Positions 36,960 to 44,481 of a stretch of DNA of 51,378 bases are shown here, one piece after another. Where the stretch lies: positions 1 through 51,378 of the forward strand of contig CALJDF010000021.1 of the NCBI GenBank assembly GCA_938023835.1. The letters are read 5' to 3'. Both the position numbers and the translations under genes were made by a program. The notes under the pieces are model-generated. The model did not search any database and was not told the origin of the DNA. It was given only the letters and a program-made list of their open reading frames with translations. Position 1 is the stretch's first letter; the number at the start of each line of letters is the position of its first letter. This DNA is from an uncultured Alphaproteobacteria bacterium (lineage in GTDB: Bacteria > Pseudomonadota > Alphaproteobacteria > SHVP01).

Positions 36960-37717
36960 CGCGGGCGTTTGCGACCGTTTGCTGGCTTTTTCGCTGCGGC
37001 CTTTTTCTTGGGTTTCTTTTTCGTCACGACTTTTTTGGTGCGGCGCAGTTTGGTCGTGGCGGGCTTCCTCGGCGCGCCACCCTCGACCGTGGTTTTGCCC
37101 TTGAAGGTGCAGAATTCGGCGATCTGACACGCCGGACAATCGGGCACGCGCGCTTTGCAAATGTAGCGACCATGGAGCAGCAGCCAATGATGGGCGTGCA
37201 GCTTCCAGGTCTCGGGCACGACTTTTTCCAGCGCGGCCTCGACAGCGAGTGGTGTTTTGCCGGGTGCAAGGCCGGTGCGGTTGCTAACGCGAAAGATATG
37301 CGTGTCGACGGCGATGGTGGGATGGCCGAAGGCCTCGTTCATCACGACATTGGCGGTCTTGCGGCCCACGCCGGGCAGCGCCTCAAGCGCCTCGCGGTCC
37401 TCGGGGACGATGCCGTTATGGCGGTCGATCAACAGGCGGCTCAACGCGGCGACGTTCTTAGCCTTGGCGTTGAACAGCCCGATGGTCTTGATGAAGTTGC
37501 GAATCTTGGCCTCGCCCAACCGCGCCATTTTTTCGGGCGTGTTGGCGGCCTTGAAAAGCGCCGGGGTGGCTTTGTTGACGCCGACGTCGGTGGCTTGGGC
37601 CGACAGCACGACCGCGACCAGAAGCGTAAACGGGTTGTCGTAGGTGAGCTCGGTTTGGGGTGCGGGGTTGTTCTTCGCCAAACGGCGAAACACCTCGTCG
37701 ATGTCGGTCTTTTTCAT
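36956..37717 (-). CDS. nth: Endonuclease III with Lys-rich C-terminal tail
   Basis: ATG at 37717 gives MKKTDIDEVFRRL. HhH-GPD LPGVGRKTANVV and the 4Fe-4S motif CKARVPDCPACQIAEFC, followed by a basic tail of about 47 aa. The upstream 158 aa of the ORF are not coding. Confidence 0.93.
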   Translation of the reverse strand: MKKTDIDEVFRRLAKNNPAPQTELTYDNPFTLLVAVVLSAQATDVGVNKATPALFKAANTPEKMARLGEAKIRNFIKTIGLFNAKAKNVAALSRLLIDRHNGIVPEDREALEALPGVGRKTANVVMNEAFGHPTIAVDTHIFRVSNRTGLAPGKTPLAVEAALEKVVPETWKLHAHHWLLLHGRYICKARVPDCPACQIAEFCTFKGKTTVEGGAPRKPATTKLRRTKKVVTKKKPKKKAAAKKPANGRKRPR

Positions 37718-37798
37718 GGCGCCGAGACTAGCGACCGGCGCCGCGCAGGCAAACTTCGCGGTCGGGCGCGGCACCGATTTTGTGATAAACACCCCGAT

Positions 37799-37993
37799 AT
37801 GGCACGTCGCAAGAAACCGTCTCCCGCCAAACCGGCCACCCCGCCGCCGTCGCTCGAGACGTTGCTGGCGGCAAGGGCCGCCACCGATCCGCATGCCTGG
37901 GAGTCGATGCTCAACCTCAACAAAATGCGCAGCGCCCGGCGCCAGCAAGAGAAAGCCGCGCCGGCCCGGCCTGCGACAAAAGATCGCGATTGA
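37799..37993 (+). CDS. Possible small basic protein (64 aa), hypothetical
   Basis: The ATG at 37799 gives MARRKKPSPAKPATPPPSLETLLAARAATDPHAWESMLNLNKMRSARRQQEKAAP... Third codon positions are mostly G/C. A hairpin (38013-38030) follows. No recognisable domain. Confidence 0.3.
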   Translation: MARRKKPSPAKPATPPPSLETLLAARAATDPHAWESMLNLNKMRSARRQQEKAAPARPATKDRD

Positions 37994-38042
37994 TTTCTGA
38001 TTCGATGTGACTCCGGTCGTGCCCGACCGGTAGACTTTTCCC

Positions 38043-38540
38043 ATGCACGCCGAGGAAAACCCTTCGATCCCGAGCCCGCCGACGTTGTTCGACGCGGTGT
38101 TGTATCCCCATCGCTCGCTCGGCCCGACCGGGTTTTGGATTTTGATGGCCTGCGTCTCGGCAGTCAGTTTCGGCGCAGGGTTGTTGTTCATGCTAGCCGG
38201 GGCGTGGCCGGTGCTTGGGTTTTTCGGGCTCGACGTCTTGTTGATTTACGGTGCGTTCAAGCTCAGCTATCGCGCGGCGCGCATGGTCGAAACCATCGCG
38301 CTGACCGAAGAGTCGCTCTTGGTGCGGCGGGTCACACCGCGGGGTCGGGTGCGTAGTTGGACGTTCCAACCCTTTTGGGTGCGCGTGTCCATCGACGAGG
38401 CCGCCGGTCGCGACAGTCGCTTGGTGTTGTCGAGCCACGGTCGCCACGTCGCGCTCGGCGATTTTTTGTTGCACGACGAACGGGTGGCGTTGGCCAAGGA
38501 ATTGCGCGGCGCATTGGCACCTCTCAAGGGCAGCGCATAA
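38043..38540 (+). CDS. DUF2244 integral membrane protein
   Basis: PHRSLGPTGFWILM, GAWPVLGFFGLDVLLIYGAFKLSYR and FQPFWVRV. Confidence 0.8.
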   Translation: MHAEENPSIPSPPTLFDAVLYPHRSLGPTGFWILMACVSAVSFGAGLLFMLAGAWPVLGFFGLDVLLIYGAFKLSYRAARMVETIALTEESLLVRRVTPRGRVRSWTFQPFWVRVSIDEAAGRDSRLVLSSHGRHVALGDFLLHDERVALAKELRGALAPLKGSA

Positions 38541-38546
38541 GGCGCG

Positions 38547-38993
38547 CTAGAACTTCCGAATCAAAAAGACGCCCGCCACCAGGAACGCGATCCCGAGGGC
38601 GCGGCCCGGCGAAACGGCGTGTTGCGGCAATCCCAAGGCGCCGAAATGGTCGAGGGCGACCGACCCGATCAGTTGGCCCGCGATCACCGCGCCGATCATT
38701 GCCGTCGCGCCGATGATGGGTGCCGAAAACAAAAGAAAGAAGACAAACACTGCGCCGATCGTGCCGCCGCTGACATAGACCCACCAGGGGGCGGACAGCC
38801 CGGCCGCGCCGGGCCAAGGCACGCGAATAACAAGCGCGGTGATCGCCAACAAACTGAACGACACCATGGTCGAGACCACAGCCGCCGAAACCGGATGGCC
38901 GAGCGAGCGCCCGAGGATGGCGTTGATCGACGCCTGAACCGGCGTCAGAAATCCGCCGAGGGCGACGGCGAAGAGCAAGAACCACGACAACAT
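38547..38993 (-). CDS. DMT family transporter (DUF606/YdcZ-like)
   Basis: ATG at 38993 lies 5 nt after AAGGAG. Contains PVQASINAILG and GQLIGSVALDHFG, with five TM helices. Confidence 0.78.
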   Translation of the reverse strand: MLSWFLLFAVALGGFLTPVQASINAILGRSLGHPVSAAVVSTMVSFSLLAITALVIRVPWPGAAGLSAPWWVYVSGGTIGAVFVFFLLFSAPIIGATAMIGAVIAGQLIGSVALDHFGALGLPQHAVSPGRALGIAFLVAGVFLIRKF

Positions 38994-39122
38994 AGGCACT
39001 CCTTGTTAGGGCATGCCGAACCTTCGCGCGGGGATTGCAGGACGGCAAGCGGGTGACGGCGGGCAAATCGAGACCGCAAGAATCGGGTGGTGTCGGGCGC
39101 CTGGCGGGCTCACACTTTGGCC

Positions 39123-40013
39123 ATGACGGAGTTTCTCAACAGCCGCGACTACGAACGGATCGAAACGGCGATCGCGCGCCTGGCCGAGGTGCGCGATGCG
39201 CCGCTATCGCTCGACGCGATCGTGGCGGAAATCGGGCTCAGCCCGTTTCATTTTCAACGCCTGTTCAAACGCTGGGCGGGCTTGAGTCCGAAGAAGTTTC
39301 AGCAATACCTCGGCGTCGATCACGCCAAGGCCCTTTTGGCATCGTCCTCCAGCGTGCTGGACGCGGCGTTCGATGCCGGGCTGTCCGGCCCGTCGCGGTT
39401 GCACGACTTGTTCGTTGCCTGCGAGGCGATGACCCCCGGCGACTACAAGGCGCGAGGGGCGCGGTTGGGGATTCGCTACGGCTATGCGCCCTCGCCCTTC
39501 GGCGACTGCTTGCTCTATCTCACCGATCGCGGGGTTTGCGGTTTGGGGTTTGTGATGGGCACCGGTGCCGCCGCCCGGCGTGCCGCCCATGACGACCTCG
39601 CGCGCAATTGGTCGCGCGCCTCGTTTACGCGAGACGATACGGCGGTGGCCGACGTCGTCCGCCGCATCTTTGCGCCGAGCCGAAGCGACAAGCCGCTCAC
39701 CTTGGTTCTCAAGGGCACCAACTTTCAAATCCGGGTCTGGGAGGTCTTGCTGGCGATCCCGCCCGGCCACACCGCGACCTACGAGGCGATCGGCGCCTAT
39801 CTCGACCTACCGCGACACGGTCGCGCGGTCGGCAACGCGGTGGCGCACAACGCGATTTCGTGGCTGGTGCCGTACCACCGTGTGATCCGCAAGTCGGGCG
39901 TTCTCAACCACTACCGCTGGGGCGGTGCGCGCAAGCGCGCGATGTTGGGATGGGAAGCGGCGCACACGCCGAGGGCGGCGCGCGACGCCGGGGGCGCCGC
40001 CGCGATGACCTAG
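39123..40013 (+). CDS. AraC-type HTH fused to an O6-alkylguanine alkyltransferase-like domain (Ada/Ogt-like; active-site Cys replaced by Tyr)
   Basis: HTH IVAEIGLSPFHFQRLFKRWAGLSPKKFQQY. C-terminal AGT fold TATYEAIGAYL...GRAVGNAVAHNAISWLVPYHRVIRKSG, where the canonical motif is PCHRV; the Tyr codon TAC is at 39873-39875. ATG at 39123; the ORF extends to 39087. Confidence 0.82.
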   Translation: MTEFLNSRDYERIETAIARLAEVRDAPLSLDAIVAEIGLSPFHFQRLFKRWAGLSPKKFQQYLGVDHAKALLASSSSVLDAAFDAGLSGPSRLHDLFVACEAMTPGDYKARGARLGIRYGYAPSPFGDCLLYLTDRGVCGLGFVMGTGAAARRAAHDDLARNWSRASFTRDDTAVADVVRRIFAPSRSDKPLTLVLKGTNFQIRVWEVLLAIPPGHTATYEAIGAYLDLPRHGRAVGNAVAHNAISWLVPYHRVIRKSGVLNHYRWGGARKRAMLGWEAAHTPRAARDAGGAAAMT

Positions 40014-40016
40014 GGT

Positions 40017-40385
40017 CTAGGGGGTTGTTTCCGTCTTAGCGTCGTTGGCGCCGGGGATCACCGCCGCATCATCGTCGTCGTCGTCGCTGAGGGTCGGCAA
40101 ACCATCGTCGTCATCGTCGTCGCTGGGCGCATCGTCGGGGTTCTCTTCTTCGGCCTTGGGCGCCTCTTTTACCGGGGCCGGCCGTCCGCCGCGGGTAAAG
40201 CTGCTGCGCGATTTCGGTTTGCGCGGCGTGCCCGGCGGCAGGGTCACAACCTTGAAGACCTCGTTGCCGCACTCGGGGCAAATGGCGCCGTTACCGGGGC
40301 CCTTTTTGTTGAGGTCGTAAAATTTCGTTTCGCATTTTTCGCACGTCCATTTGGCGCCATGTTTGGCGGCTGTCGCTTCGGTCAA
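40017..40385 (-). CDS. FYDLN_acid family protein (zinc-ribbon, acidic C-terminus; TIGR02300-like)
   Basis: WTCEKCETKFYDLNKKG...ICPECG zinc ribbon, then an acidic tail (DDDDDD twice). TTG at 40385 lies 8 nt after AAGGA; an upstream in-frame ATG at 40451 is the alternative. Confidence 0.7.
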   Translation of the reverse strand: MTEATAAKHGAKWTCEKCETKFYDLNKKGPGNGAICPECGNEVFKVVTLPPGTPRKPKSRSSFTRGGRPAPVKEAPKAEEENPDDAPSDDDDDDGLPTLSDDDDDDAAVIPGANDAKTETTP

Positions 40386-40636
40386 TCGAGATGTCCTTGT
40401 TGGGGTTTGGGGCGTGGCCGCCCAATCGGTTGGTACCGATAATCGTGCCATATGCGCATGAAAGGGCCGAAAAGGCACGAACTTCCGGCCGTTTTGGCAG
40501 GATTCCGACGAATCCGCTTGCACTCGGTCGGTGGGAGGGCCATATCTCTCGCCATCAGACTGCGACGACCCGGCGTATCTCGATCTGTCCACGCCGACTT
40601 AACGTCATACCCCACGGAAATCGTTGACCTGAGACC

Positions 40637-40656
40637 CGGCGGGCAGGAGCCCGCCG
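40637..40656 (+). promoter_or_regulatory. GC-rich hairpin (8-bp stem CGGCGGGC/GCCCGCCG, loop AGGA) followed by TTTCTAT in the cspA leader
   Basis: Read directly. It ends 33 nt upstream of the cspA ATG. Confidence 0.4.
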
Positions 40657-40689
40657 TTTCTATGAACTTACGAAGAATTGGAAAGACAC

Positions 40690-40896
40690 ATGATTGGAAC
40701 CGTTAAGTGGTTCAACGCAACGAAGGGCTATGGCTTTATTGCTCCGGATGACGGCGGCAAGGACAGCTTCCTGCACATTTCAGCGCTCGAGCGCGCTGGT
40801 CTCTCGCATGTCAGCGAAGGCCAGAAGCTCGAATACGATCTCGAATCCGGTCGCGACGGCAAAACGTCGGCGGCCAACGTTCGGGTTCTCGACTAA
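40690..40896 (+). CDS. cspA: Cold-shock protein (CspA family)
   Basis: [33 protein letters not shown], with RNP1 KGYGFI. Length 68 aa. Confidence 0.95.
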   Translation: MIGTVKWFNATKGYGFIAPDDGGKDSFLHISALERAGLSHVSEGQKLEYDLESGRDGKTSAANVRVLD

Positions 40897-40908
40897 GCGA
40901 TAAAGATT

Positions 40909-40938
40909 GAGGGGGCCTTGCGCCCCCTCGGTTCTTTT
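40909..40938 (+). terminator. Rho-independent terminator after cspA
   Basis: GAGGGGGC-cttgc-GCCCCCTC (8-bp stem) followed by GGTTCTTTT. Confidence 0.75.
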
Positions 40939-40981
40939 GCCCCGGCACCATCGCGGTCGCCGGGTTTTTTGTGCGCGAGGG

Positions 40982-41797
40982 CTAGTCCTTGAGGCCCAGC
41001 ACATCTTTCATGTCATAGAGCCCGGGCCCTTGGTCTTTGGCCCATAGGGCGGCGCGCACGGCGCCGGCGGCGAACAGCGTGCGGTCTTGCGCGCGGTGGG
41101 TGAATTCCAAGCGCTCGCTGTCGCTGGCAAACATCACGGTGTGATCGCCCGGCACGCTGCCGCCGCGCAAGGAGGCGAAGCCGATCGCGCCTTCGGCGCG
41201 CGCGCCGGTAATGCCGTCGCGGCTGCGTTCGGCAACGCTATCGAGATCGACGCCGCGGCCTTCGGCGGCGGCGCGGCCCAGTAACAACGCGGTGCCCGAC
41301 GGCGCGTCGACCTTTTTGCGGTGGTGCCTTTCCACGACTTCGATGTCGAAGGCATCGCCGCCTAGCTTGGCCGCGACTTGCTTGACGACCTGGGCCAGGA
41401 CGTTGACGCCGACGCTCATGTTGGCGGCATAGACGATGGCGGTGTCGGCGGACGCGGCCCGCAGCGCGGCTTCGTCGTCTGCGGTGAGCCCCGTGGTACC
41501 GGCGATCAAGATAGTGCTGTGTGCGGCGGCGGCCTTGGCGTTGGCGACGGTCGCGGCCGGCACGGTGAAGTCCAACACGGCTTGGCACGAGGCAAACAGC
41601 GCATCTGGGGTGTCGACGACATCAACGCCGATGGCCGGCAGACCGGCGACGGCCCCGACATCCTGCCCGACGGCACTGCTCCCGGCGGCCTCGCTACCGC
41701 CGGCCACAACACAGCCTGGCGTGGCGCTCACTTGGCGAAACAGCGCTTGCCCCATGCGGCCGGCGCAGCCCGCGATTCCAATCTTTAAATCTGCCAT
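40982..41797 (-). CDS. dapB: 4-hydroxy-tetrahydrodipicolinate reductase
   Basis: ATG at 41797 gives MADLKIGIAGCAGRMG. Also ERHHRKKVDAPSGTA. Confidence 0.94.
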   Translation of the reverse strand: MADLKIGIAGCAGRMGQALFRQVSATPGCVVAGGSEAAGSSAVGQDVGAVAGLPAIGVDVVDTPDALFASCQAVLDFTVPAATVANAKAAAAHSTILIAGTTGLTADDEAALRAASADTAIVYAANMSVGVNVLAQVVKQVAAKLGGDAFDIEVVERHHRKKVDAPSGTALLLGRAAAEGRGVDLDSVAERSRDGITGARAEGAIGFASLRGGSVPGDHTVMFASDSERLEFTHRAQDRTLFAAGAVRAALWAKDQGPGLYDMKDVLGLKD

Positions 41798-41862
41798 GGT
41801 CGTTCCCGGCATTTCTTTTACGATGGCGACATTTAGCACACGTGCTGCGCATCTGGGGACGA

Positions 41863-42594
41863 ATGATGACAGACGCTAAGAAAATTGCTGTGGTCACCGG
41901 CGCCAATCGGGGGCTAGGACTTGAAATCGGTCGCCAACTCGCCCGCGATCATGGCTTCCACGTGGTGCTCACCGGGCGCGATGCTGCGAAGGTCGAGGCG
42001 GCCGCGCACGCGTTGCGCGCGGATGGGCTCGATGTGGTGGGTCACGTTCTTGACGTTACGCGCGACGACAGCGCCGATGCGTGTGCGGCCTGGGTCGAGA
42101 AGACCTACGGCGCGATCGATGTGCTGGTCAACAATGCCGGCATTTTGTTGGAACGCATTTACGGCGACACCGAAAACATCGAAACCGACGCGATGGATGT
42201 CGGCATCGATGTCGTGCGGCAGATCCTCGAGACCAATTTGTTGGCGCCGTTGCGGGTGACCCAGCACCTCGCACCGTTGGTGCGGCGCGGCGGGCGCGTC
42301 GTGAACATGGCGTCGCAAATGGGCCAGTTCGCGTTGGCCGGCCCTAACATGGTGGGGTACCGGATATCCAAGACGGCGCTCAACGGGCTCACCGCGAACT
42401 TGGCCGTTGGGCTCAAGGGCCGCGGGATTGCGGTCAATTGCTGTTGCCCGGGTTGGGTGCGTACCGACATGGGCTCCAAGCACGCCATGATCGAGGTCGA
42501 AGAAGGCGCGCAAACCCCGGTTTGGCTGGCCGCCGAGGCGGACGCCGGACTGACCGGCAAGTTCTTTCACGAAAAGAAAGATATCCCCTGGTAG
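41863..42594 (+). CDS. SDR family oxidoreductase (carbonyl reductase-like)
   Basis: AVVTGANRGLG, NNAG and the catalytic YRISK. Confidence 0.88.
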   Translation: MMTDAKKIAVVTGANRGLGLEIGRQLARDHGFHVVLTGRDAAKVEAAAHALRADGLDVVGHVLDVTRDDSADACAAWVEKTYGAIDVLVNNAGILLERIYGDTENIETDAMDVGIDVVRQILETNLLAPLRVTQHLAPLVRRGGRVVNMASQMGQFALAGPNMVGYRISKTALNGLTANLAVGLKGRGIAVNCCCPGWVRTDMGSKHAMIEVEEGAQTPVWLAAEADAGLTGKFFHEKKDIPW

Positions 42595-42679
42595 ATCGCG
42601 CCGCACCCAGCGATTTCGACCGACTGCCCGCTCTCTGTTAGACTGCCCCGCCCCGCCCCGCGCGCGAAAGGACCGCCCC

Positions 42680-43858
42680 ATGGCTTCGACCGACATCAAC
42701 GCTCCGCAGACCTCACTCAGCGGCTTGGGCCGCCATGACGTCATGGCCGACCTGCATGCCGACGAAGAGGCGCGGTTGAACTATCAAATGGCGTTCGCGC
42801 GGCACCTGCGGGAAAACGTGCAGAGCCAGAACAAAACGATTTTCGAGGGCAGGGTCGAACCGGCGTTCAAGCGCCACGAGGGCCGCAAACCGAAAGACCG
42901 CCACGAGGTGCGCCGCGCCATGCTGCAAGACCCGGCCTATCAGTGGTGGGCGTGTATGCGGCGCCATCAACAAGAGATGGGCAGCCAGCACAAGATGCCG
43001 ATTATCGAACGGCAGATCGACACGCTGATCGAAAAGGCGCATGTCGCCAATCCGATGCTCGGCACGCTGCACCTCGACGACGAGGTGCCGGTGCCGCGCT
43101 ACCAAAGCGCGATGGATATGCATTGGATGCCCGGCAGCTATCACGGCGAAGAACAGGACAACGATGTGTTCCCCGCCGCGCTGTACGACCTTGGCGGGCT
43201 TTACATGGGGACCGGCGGCAAGATGGGCCCCTATAACGACGGTCCGGGTTGGTCGGTCGTCCATTGGCTCGACTACACCTACCCGAATTTTACCCCGAGC
43301 AGCGTGCTCGACGTCGGCTGCACCGTCGGTCATTCGACGCTGGCCTATGCCGACGCATGGCCTGGCGCGGAGATTCACGGCATCGATTACGCCGCGCCGT
43401 TGTTGCGTTATGCGCATGGCCGGGCCGAGTCGATGGGACGCCCGGTGCATTTCTGGCAGGGCCTCGGCGAAGACACCAAGTTCCCGGACAATTCGTTCGA
43501 TCTCGTGGTGTCCTCGATGTTCCTCCACGAAACCTCGCACAAGGCCGTGTATCAGATCGTTGAAGAGGCGCATCGCATTCTGCGTCCGGGCGGGTTGATG
43601 CTGCATGTCGAGCAGCCTCCCTTCGCGATGATGGACAGCGCCTGGCGGCAATTCGAAATGGATTGGGATACCCACAACAACAACGAACCGTTCTGGGGTC
43701 CGATGCACGACATGGATCTTGAGGATGTGGCCATCAAAGGCGGGTTCGCCAAGGACCAGGTCGAACAGACGATGGCCCCGTTTGTCGTCCCGCAAGCCGA
43801 CGGCACGATACATGTCCCGGACAAGGGCGAGTGGTTCTTCTACGCCGCGTGGAAATAG
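42680..43858 (+). CDS. Class I SAM-dependent methyltransferase with uncharacterised approx 210-aa N-terminal domain (paralogue A)
   Basis: Motif I VLDVGCTVGHSTL, then FPDNSFDLVVSSMFLHE and HRILRPGGLMLHVEQP. The N-terminal half has no domain I recognise. Confidence 0.8.
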   Translation: MASTDINAPQTSLSGLGRHDVMADLHADEEARLNYQMAFARHLRENVQSQNKTIFEGRVEPAFKRHEGRKPKDRHEVRRAMLQDPAYQWWACMRRHQQEMGSQHKMPIIERQIDTLIEKAHVANPMLGTLHLDDEVPVPRYQSAMDMHWMPGSYHGEEQDNDVFPAALYDLGGLYMGTGGKMGPYNDGPGWSVVHWLDYTYPNFTPSSVLDVGCTVGHSTLAYADAWPGAEIHGIDYAAPLLRYAHGRAESMGRPVHFWQGLGEDTKFPDNSFDLVVSSMFLHETSHKAVYQIVEEAHRILRPGGLMLHVEQPPFAMMDSAWRQFEMDWDTHNNNEPFWGPMHDMDLEDVAIKGGFAKDQVEQTMAPFVVPQADGTIHVPDKGEWFFYAAWK

Positions 43859-43879
43859 CGGCAATCGCCGTTCGACGAC

Positions 43880-43913
43880 AAAGGCCGGAAAATTTCCCGG
43901 CCTTTTTCTTTTT
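43880..43913. terminator. Bidirectional rho-independent terminator between convergent genes
   Basis: AAAGGCCGG-aaaatttc-CCGGCCTTT (9-bp stem) followed by TTCTTTTT. An A-tract on the other side serves the minus-strand CBS gene. Confidence 0.7.
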
Positions 43914-43929
43914 GAGGTGGCGCCCGCGC

Positions 43930-44373
43930 CTAGTTGCGCAGTTGGGTGATCCGGCCCGCGCTTTCGGCGTGACGGCTTTCTTCTTCCGCCTTTTCCTCGC
44001 CGTAGAAATCGCGCGTCGAGACGACCCCGACCACGCGGCCGTCCTCCATCACCGGTAAATGCCGATAGCCCCGTTCGTTCATCGCTTTGAGGGCGTCGAG
44101 CGCCGTGGCGCCGGCATCGATGGTGTCGGGGTTTGGCGTCATGACCTGCGCGAGCGTCGTCATATCAGGATCGAGGCCGTCGGCGACAACGCGGTAGACC
44201 AGGTCGCGTTCGGTAAAGATGCCTTCGAGGGTATCGCCGGCCATGACCAGAACGGCGCCGACGCGGCGGTGCTTCATCAGGCGGGCGGCGTCGCGCACGT
44301 GATCGTTTGCGGTCAGGACGATCAAGGTCTGATCGGACACGACGTCAGGCACGATTTGGCGTTGCTTGGCCAT
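43930..44373 (-). CDS. CBS-pair domain protein
   Basis: ATG at 44373 gives MAKQRQIVPDVVSDQTLIVL. Two CBS repeats (HRRVGAVLVM...GIFTERDL and GYRHLPVMEDGRVVGVVSTRD). Confidence 0.88.
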   Translation of the reverse strand: MAKQRQIVPDVVSDQTLIVLTANDHVRDAARLMKHRRVGAVLVMAGDTLEGIFTERDLVYRVVADGLDPDMTTLAQVMTPNPDTIDAGATALDALKAMNERGYRHLPVMEDGRVVGVVSTRDFYGEEKAEEESRHAESAGRITQLRN

Positions 44374-44481
44374 GTCACTCCCTTGTTTTCGGCGTGCTTC
44401 GCCACGCTTCTCGAAGCGGTAGTTTATCACGAAACCAAGCGGTCCCGTGCCGAGCGGAATTAACCGCTTTAGGTCAATGCG

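Noticed and set aside
42595-42679. Possible SAM riboswitch or other leader element upstream of methyltransferase paralogue A (8-bp direct repeat GACTGCCC x2, CCCCG repeats)
   Set aside because: Only 85 nt are available. I could not recognise SAM-II or SAM-V-like conserved elements or a convincing pseudoknot. The repeats may simply be a regulator site.
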